Both the position numbers and the translations under genes were made by a program. A stretch of DNA of 64,000 bases from Chloroflexota bacterium (lineage in GTDB: Bacteria > Chloroflexota > Dehalococcoidia > SM23-28-2 > RBG-16-64-32): assembly GCA_029262695.1 (NCBI GenBank), contig JAJCYV010000004.1:2807-66806 (forward strand), given 5' to 3'. The notes under the pieces are model-generated. The model did no database searches. It was not told where the DNA came from and saw only the letters and a program-made list of their open reading frames with translations. How positions within the stretch are numbered: position 1 is the first letter of the stretch; the number at the start of each line of letters is the position of its first letter. Shown here in pieces: positions 58,634 through 64,000 of this stretch.

Positions 58634-59286
58634 CCCTCTTCGACCGTGATCGACCCCGATATCGTGCGCGCCTTGATCTTGAAGTCGGAGCCCCGCGGCA
58701 CTTCGATCTCCGTCTTGCCGGAGAGCGTCTTCAGGCGTGGGTCCGGGTGGCGCCCGGGGTCGACCGCCACCTCGATCTTGCCGGAGATCGAACGCAGCTC
58801 TACGTCCCCCTGGCCGGCGGTGCCCACCTCGATGTTGCCGCTCATCGTGTGTGCGCGGACTTCTTCGCCGACCCAGCCGATCTCGATACGGCCACTCTTT
58901 GTGTTCGCGCGACAGCGCCCTCCGCACCGCTCGACTTCAAGGTGCCCGCTGATGCTGCGAACGTCGACGTCGCCCTCGGTCTCGTCCACCTCGATGTGGC
59001 CCGAGACCGTGCTTACTTTGACGGTCCCGAAGCGTCCCTCCAGGCTCACGTTCCCGGAAACGGCGCCCACGGAAACGTTCGTGCCTTCCGGGACAGTGAT
59101 CCTGAGGTTCGTTGACCTCGTGCGCGTCTCGACCACGTGCTTGTCGTCGGAGACGTCTACTCGGTGGTCACCAGGCTCGATCTCGATGTCCTGGACGTCC
59201 TCGGCCTCGATCTCAATGCGGGCGGAGACGGAAAGCACGCGCAGCCGAGCGCCTTCAGGGAGCGGGAATCGCGTACCCATCGCCAC
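58630..59286 (-). CDS. DUF4097 beta-strand repeat protein
   Basis: Repeated (T/S)xSGxI units. Confidence 0.8.
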   Translation of the reverse strand: MAMGTRFPLPEGARLRVLSVSARIEIEAEDVQDIEIEPGDHRVDVSDDKHVVETRTRSTNLRITVPEGTNVSVGAVSGNVSLEGRFGTVKVSTVSGHIEVDETEGDVDVRSISGHLEVERCGGRCRANTKSGRIEIGWVGEEVRAHTMSGNIEVGTAGQGDVELRSISGKIEVAVDPGRHPDPRLKTLSGKTEIEVPRGSDFKIKARTISGSITVEEG

Positions 59287-59337
59287 CTTAGTTTAGCCGA
59301 GAGTTGGGGTGCTCTGTATGACGGGCGTCACGGAGCC

Positions 59338-60858
59338 TCAATCGCGCGCCAGCTGGTATACGCCGTCCGCGTACGAGACGATCAGCAGCTCGCCGTTCGG
59401 CAGCTCCCCGAACGAGGCGATGAAGAGATCTTCGTTCGTGAGCAAGACGGCCGGACTATCGTCCAGCGTGTTGACGGCCCAGATGCGCCCCGTGTAGAAG
59501 TCGCCGTAGACGTACCAGCCGTAGAGCTCCGGCATCGCACCCCCGCGGTAGACGAAGCCGCCGGTCACAGCGAGGCCCAGGTTGTGGCCGTACACGGCGC
59601 GCGGCGGCGAGAACGTCTTGCCGGTGCACTGGTCGGGATCGCCCGGGATTTCGTACTCCGCGAACCCCTCGTAGCAGTCCCAGCCGTAGTTGCCGCCGCT
59701 GACCACGCGGTCGATCTCCTCCCAGAGTTCCTGGCCCACGTCGCCGAGCCAGACGTCGCCTGTGAGGCTGTCGACGGTCATGCGCCAGGGGTTCCGCAGT
59801 CCGTAGGCGAAGATCTCCTCACGGGCGCCCGCGACGCCGACGAAGGGGTTGTCGGGCGGGATCGCGTACGGCTGCTCCGACACGTCGATCCGCAGCACCT
59901 TGCCCAGCAGCGTGTCCAGCGCCTGACCGTTCTCGTTCGGATCGCCGCCGCCGCCCCCGTCGCCTGTCGAGAGCAGCAGGTAGTCGTTGTGGTCGAAGGC
60001 GATGCGTCCGCCGTTGTGGTTCGTCGCGAACTGCGGGATCGACAGCAACACCTCGGCGCTGCCCCCGTCGAGCGCGCTTGCAGTCGCGGAGTAGCGGGCG
60101 AGGACGGAGCGGTCCGGGCCTGTCGCCGTGTAGTAGACGTACACGCGCCCGTCCTGCGCGAAGGCCGGCGAGAAAGCGAGCGACAGCAGGCCCTCCTCGT
60201 TGTCGCCGGCGTCCACGATCCCGCTGACGTCGCCCCAGGCCTGCGCCGGGAAGCTCCCATCGAGCCATACGTGATACATCTGGCCGCTCTGCCGTACGGC
60301 GATCGCTTCCGTCGGCGCGCCGGGTATCACCGCCAGCTCGATCACGGCGCCGTTCGCCGCGCCGAGGGCGCCGCCGCTGATCACTGTCTCCAGGTGGTAG
60401 CCGCCCGCGGCCGGCGTCGCGCTGGGCGCCGGCGTGGCCGTCGCTGTGGTGGTCGGTGTTGCGGCCGGCGTCGCCGTGCCCGGTGGAGCGGATGTCGATA
60501 GCACGTCGAGCGGCTCGCCGATGGGCTGGCAGGTCCCGGAGACTGGCTGGGTGGGCTCCACACCGCCGCTGAACAGCAGCAGCAGCAACACATCGCCCGC
60601 GTTCACGTTGCTGTCGCAGTTCACGTCGGCGGCCTGCTCCACGCAGCCCGCGAAAGGCTCGACGTCGGCCGCAAAGCGCAGGCCGGCAAGCGCATCGAGA
60701 GAGTCGATCGATTCGCTGCAGTCGGCGTCGCCCTGCAAGACGCCGTCGGCGGACGAACCGCCCGACCACGGCGAGAGGGCCACGGCCGCAAGCGCGATGA
60801 GCGCCAGCGCCACGACCGCAGCGGCGCCGGCGACGCGGAGATACGTTGGCATCTTCAC
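59338..60858 (-). CDS. Secreted PQQ-dependent sugar (glucose/sorbosone) dehydrogenase with N-terminal dockerin-like domain
   Basis: Signal peptide; GDADC..IDSLDAL / ADVNCD..VNAGDVL duplicated EF-hand-like repeats; EEGLLSLAFSP, NHNGG, GLRNPWR, GNYGW. Confidence 0.85.
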   Translation of the reverse strand: MKMPTYLRVAGAAAVVALALIALAAVALSPWSGGSSADGVLQGDADCSESIDSLDALAGLRFAADVEPFAGCVEQAADVNCDSNVNAGDVLLLLLFSGGVEPTQPVSGTCQPIGEPLDVLSTSAPPGTATPAATPTTTATATPAPSATPAAGGYHLETVISGGALGAANGAVIELAVIPGAPTEAIAVRQSGQMYHVWLDGSFPAQAWGDVSGIVDAGDNEEGLLSLAFSPAFAQDGRVYVYYTATGPDRSVLARYSATASALDGGSAEVLLSIPQFATNHNGGRIAFDHNDYLLLSTGDGGGGGDPNENGQALDTLLGKVLRIDVSEQPYAIPPDNPFVGVAGAREEIFAYGLRNPWRMTVDSLTGDVWLGDVGQELWEEIDRVVSGGNYGWDCYEGFAEYEIPGDPDQCTGKTFSPPRAVYGHNLGLAVTGGFVYRGGAMPELYGWYVYGDFYTGRIWAVNTLDDSPAVLLTNEDLFIASFGELPNGELLIVSYADGVYQLARD

Positions 60859-60918
60859 ATCAATAGTACGCGAGTTGTCACGGATGGGACTGCGTGGCCG
60901 GCGGGGAATGAGCTGTCG

Positions 60919-62106
60919 TTAGCTGCTGTGCCGCGAGGTAAAGCGCCCGATGCGTTCCAGCGCTTCTTCAAGCAGGTTGTACGGTGCCGCGTAGCACATC
61001 CGCACGTGGCCGCGGCCGCATTCGCCGAACGCAGAGCCGGGAATGACTGCGACCTTCTCTTCGTCCAGCAGACGCTCCGAGAACTCGACGTCGTCCATCC
61101 CCGTGGAGCGGATCGACGGGAAGGCGTAGAAGGCGCCGTGTGGTTCGCTCATCGCCAGGCCGATCTCCCCCAGGCCCTTCACCATTAGCCGGCGGCGCCG
61201 GTCGAACTCGGCGACGAAGCGCCGGACGTCCTCCTCGCCGTGCTGGATCGCCTCCAGCGCGGCGTACTGCGAAGGCGTTGGCGCCGACATCACGATGTAC
61301 TGGTGCACCTTCATCATCGCCTCAAGCAGGTCCGAAGGGGCGCAGACCCAGCCCACGCGCCAGCCTGTCATGGCGTAGGACTTGGAGAAGCCGCCCATGA
61401 GCACGGTGCGCTCCTTCATCCCGGGCAGCGAGGCGAAGCACGTGTGGTCCATGCCGTAGCTCAGCCGGTCGTAGATCTCGTCCGAAATGACGATCAGGTC
61501 GTGCCGCTCGGCCACGTCGGCGATGGCCGTCAGGTCTTCGCGCGACATCTGCGCGCCTGTCGGGTTGGAGGGATAGCCGAGCAGCAGCGCCTTGCTGCGC
61601 GGCGTGATCTTCGCTTCGATCTCCTCCGCCGTGACGCGGAAGCCGCGCTCCATCTCGGTCGGCACCGGTACCAGCTTGCCGCCGACCAGCGACACGCACG
61701 GCGGATAGGCAACGTAGTACGGGTCGGGGCAGAGGACTTCGTCTCCGGGGTCGAGCAGCACATGGCTGGCCAGGAGCAGCGCCTCGGACACGCCGATCGT
61801 GACGATGATCTCGCGCTGCGGGTCGTAGCGCACACCGTAGAGGCGCTGAATGTGGTCCGCGATCGCCTCTCGCAGCGGGGGGAGGCCGTAGTTGGACGTG
61901 TAGTGCGTCTCTCCGGACTCGACGGCTTCGAAGGCGGCGCGGCTGTAGCGCTCCGGCGTGACGAAATCGGGCTCGCCGACGCCCAGCGAGATCACGCCGT
62001 CAAGATTGGCGATAAGCTCAAAGAAGCGGCGTATTCCGGACGATGAAATCGCATCAATCCTGTGCGAAAATCGCTGATTCGCCTTTTTCCTGGTGCCTTC
62101 TTTCAC
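60919..62106 (-). CDS. PLP-dependent aminotransferase class I/II
   Basis: SLGVGEPDF, NPTG, SDEIY, GFSKSYAMTGWRVG. Confidence 0.92.
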   Translation of the reverse strand: MKEGTRKKANQRFSHRIDAISSSGIRRFFELIANLDGVISLGVGEPDFVTPERYSRAAFEAVESGETHYTSNYGLPPLREAIADHIQRLYGVRYDPQREIIVTIGVSEALLLASHVLLDPGDEVLCPDPYYVAYPPCVSLVGGKLVPVPTEMERGFRVTAEEIEAKITPRSKALLLGYPSNPTGAQMSREDLTAIADVAERHDLIVISDEIYDRLSYGMDHTCFASLPGMKERTVLMGGFSKSYAMTGWRVGWVCAPSDLLEAMMKVHQYIVMSAPTPSQYAALEAIQHGEEDVRRFVAEFDRRRRLMVKGLGEIGLAMSEPHGAFYAFPSIRSTGMDDVEFSERLLDEEKVAVIPGSAFGECGRGHVRMCYAAPYNLLEEALERIGRFTSRHSS

Positions 62107-62201
62107 AAACCCCTCCGCAAAGATAGTAACGCTAATGGTAGCAGAGGGGTGTCAGGCTGTCACCGACGGGGTTAGCGGCGATCACGTGCGCCCCGCGCTT
62201 G

Positions 62202-63293
62202 CTAGCGGCGCTGCTCGGCGTACCCACGCGCGGCGATTGGCCAGACGTCGGTCACTCGGTCGCCTTCGAGCACGTAGATCACGTCGTGCAGGTTGATCGT
62301 CGGGTCGGTGTGCGAGGGCACAAGGCGAATGCGGTCACCGACGGCGATCGCCGACTCCGGCGGCAGCGTGATCGAGGCGTGCTCATCGCTGAGGAAGAGG
62401 ATGCTCGCGCCCTCAACACCGTCGACGTCCGGGTTGCCGTGGTCCTCCGTGCAGGCCTTGTGTCCAGAGTCCGTCACGCAGAGTCCCGGGGCGGGCCGCG
62501 AAATCACAGTCCCCAGAACCCAGAACGCCTGCCGGAACGAGATGTCCAGCTTCTCGTACGCCCCGTCCATCAGTGTGTAGGAGCCGGCCTGGACCTCCGT
62601 GACGCCTCGGATGCGGCCCGTGATGTCGTAAGAGCCGGTCCCACCTGCCGAGACGATCTCGCAGGGCAGACCGGCGTCACGGACGGCGCTGACGGCGGAA
62701 AGCAGGCGGTCCACCGCGTCACGCGTGACCTGCTCACGCTTTTCCCGCTCCGGTATGCCGACGGCGTGGCCCTCGTAGCCCATGAGGCCGCGCAGGCGAA
62801 CGCCGGGCGTCTCCGCCACACGCGAGGCCAGCTCCGCGGCTGCGTCTGGCTGCACGCCGCAGCGCGGCATCCCCACGTTGACGTCGACGAGCACGCCGAC
62901 TTCGACTCCCGCGGTGGCGGCGGCCTCGCCGGCCATCGCCAGCCCCTCGTGTGAGTCGACCGCGATCTTGATATCGACGCCGCGAGAGGCAATCGTGGCC
63001 ACACGCGCCGTCTTGTCCGCGCCGATGACCTCGTTTGCGATCAGGATGTCGTCGCAGAAGTCCGCCACGGCCTCGGCCTCCGCGACGGTCGCGCACGTCA
63101 GACCCGTGCACGAACCGGCGGCGAGCTGGCGGCGGGCGATCTCCGGCGTCTTGTGCGCCTTGAAGTGGGGACGCAGCTTACAGGCGCCTTCGCGGAAGAA
63201 CTCCGCCATGCGCTCGATGTTCGCTTGCATGGCGGCCACATCGAGGATGAGCGCCGGCGTGGGGATGTCGGCAACGGTGTGGGGAGCGGTCAC
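62202..63293 (-). CDS. DSD1/D-threonine aldolase-like PLP enzyme (alanine racemase fold)
   Basis: PTPALILD, LRPHFKAHK, RCGV, GYEGH, GGTGS, SDEH. Confidence 0.85.
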   Translation of the reverse strand: MTAPHTVADIPTPALILDVAAMQANIERMAEFFREGACKLRPHFKAHKTPEIARRQLAAGSCTGLTCATVAEAEAVADFCDDILIANEVIGADKTARVATIASRGVDIKIAVDSHEGLAMAGEAAATAGVEVGVLVDVNVGMPRCGVQPDAAAELASRVAETPGVRLRGLMGYEGHAVGIPEREKREQVTRDAVDRLLSAVSAVRDAGLPCEIVSAGGTGSYDITGRIRGVTEVQAGSYTLMDGAYEKLDISFRQAFWVLGTVISRPAPGLCVTDSGHKACTEDHGNPDVDGVEGASILFLSDEHASITLPPESAIAVGDRIRLVPSHTDPTINLHDVIYVLEGDRVTDVWPIAARGYAEQRR

Positions 63294-63327
63294 GCCGTGG
63301 AGTATCGCGCGTAGTGGTGGACGCCGT

Positions 63328-64000
63328 CTACAGCGGCGGGAACTCGTCGTGCCAGGCGGTCGACTGCTCGTAGGCATGGGCGGCCTGGAACATCGTCGCC
63401 TCGTCGAACGGCCTGGCGATGATCTGCAGGCCGATCGGCAGGCGCGCGCCGTCGTCCGCCGTCGCGAAGCCACAGGGCACGGAGATGCCAGGCAGGCCGG
63501 CGATGCTGACCGGGATCGTGCAGACGTCGTTGAGGTACATCTGCAGCGGGTCGCCGATCTTCTCGCCGATCTTGAACGCCGGCGTCGGTGATACGGGCGC
63601 GACCAGCACGTCGTGCTTCTCGAACGCCGCGTCGAACTCGCGGCGGATCAGCGTCCGCACCTTCTGCGCCTTCAGGTAGTACGCGTCGTAGTAGCCGGAG
63701 GAGAGTGCGTACGTGCCGATCATGATGCGCCGCTTCACCTCCTCGCCGAAACCACGCTGACGCGTGCCCTCCATGTCGGCCCACATCGATCCGCCCTCGT
63801 CGTACGAGAATCCGTACTTCACGCCGTCGTAGCGCGCCAGGTTCGCCGACGCCTCCGACGGCGCGATGATGTAGTAGACCGAGACCGCGTGCCCCGTGGA
63901 GGGCAACGAGACGTCTGTGTCGATCTCTGCGCCAAGACTCTCCAGTTGCGCGATGGCCTTCTCCACGGCCTCACGAACGTCGCCGTCCATGCCCTCGATG
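63328..64000 (-). CDS. gatA: Glutamyl-tRNA(Gln) amidotransferase subunit A, 5'-truncated by window edge
   Basis: [46 protein letters not shown]. Confidence 0.95.
   Translation of the reverse strand, partial: IEGMDGDVREAVEKAIAQLESLGAEIDTDVSLPSTGHAVSVYYIIAPSEASANLARYDGVKYGFSYDEGGSMWADMEGTRQRGFGEEVKRRIMIGTYALSSGYYDAYYLKAQKVRTLIRREFDAAFEKHDVLVAPVSPTPAFKIGEKIGDPLQMYLNDVCTIPVSIAGLPGISVPCGFATADDGARLPIGLQIIARPFDEATMFQAAHAYEQSTAWHDEFPPL

Overview
GC-rich bacterial chromosomal window, probably Chloroflexota/Dehalococcoidia-like. That assignment is an inference from the L28 type, a dockerin-like module and gene content. It holds about 68 mostly housekeeping genes: envelope-stress proteases with an ECF sigma/anti-sigma pair, a Fur/Zur-controlled metal ABC transporter, tldD/tldE, gltBD, a CIRCE-controlled solo groEL, lemA-htpX, selD, nth, argCJBDG...argH, rpe, rpmB-fakA-degV-recG, argS and gatA, plus two vapBC pairs and a HEPN fusion. 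I found no rRNA, tRNA, CRISPR array, integrase or transposase. The most interesting signals are non-coding. (1) An apparently complete ribosome-dependent transcription attenuator precedes argC: a 24-codon leader with clustered CGA Arg codons, protector/antiterminator/terminator pairings and a U-tract. (2) A dispersed family of REP-like palindromes brackets a small GIY-YIG nuclease gene as inverted repeats, sits between genes, and is inserted in frame inside proteins (three in one aldolase/SDR gene, two in nth). (3) A double Fur-box palindrome overlaps the zur promoter, and many genes look leaderless. All product calls come from motif recognition by eye; no database searches were run.
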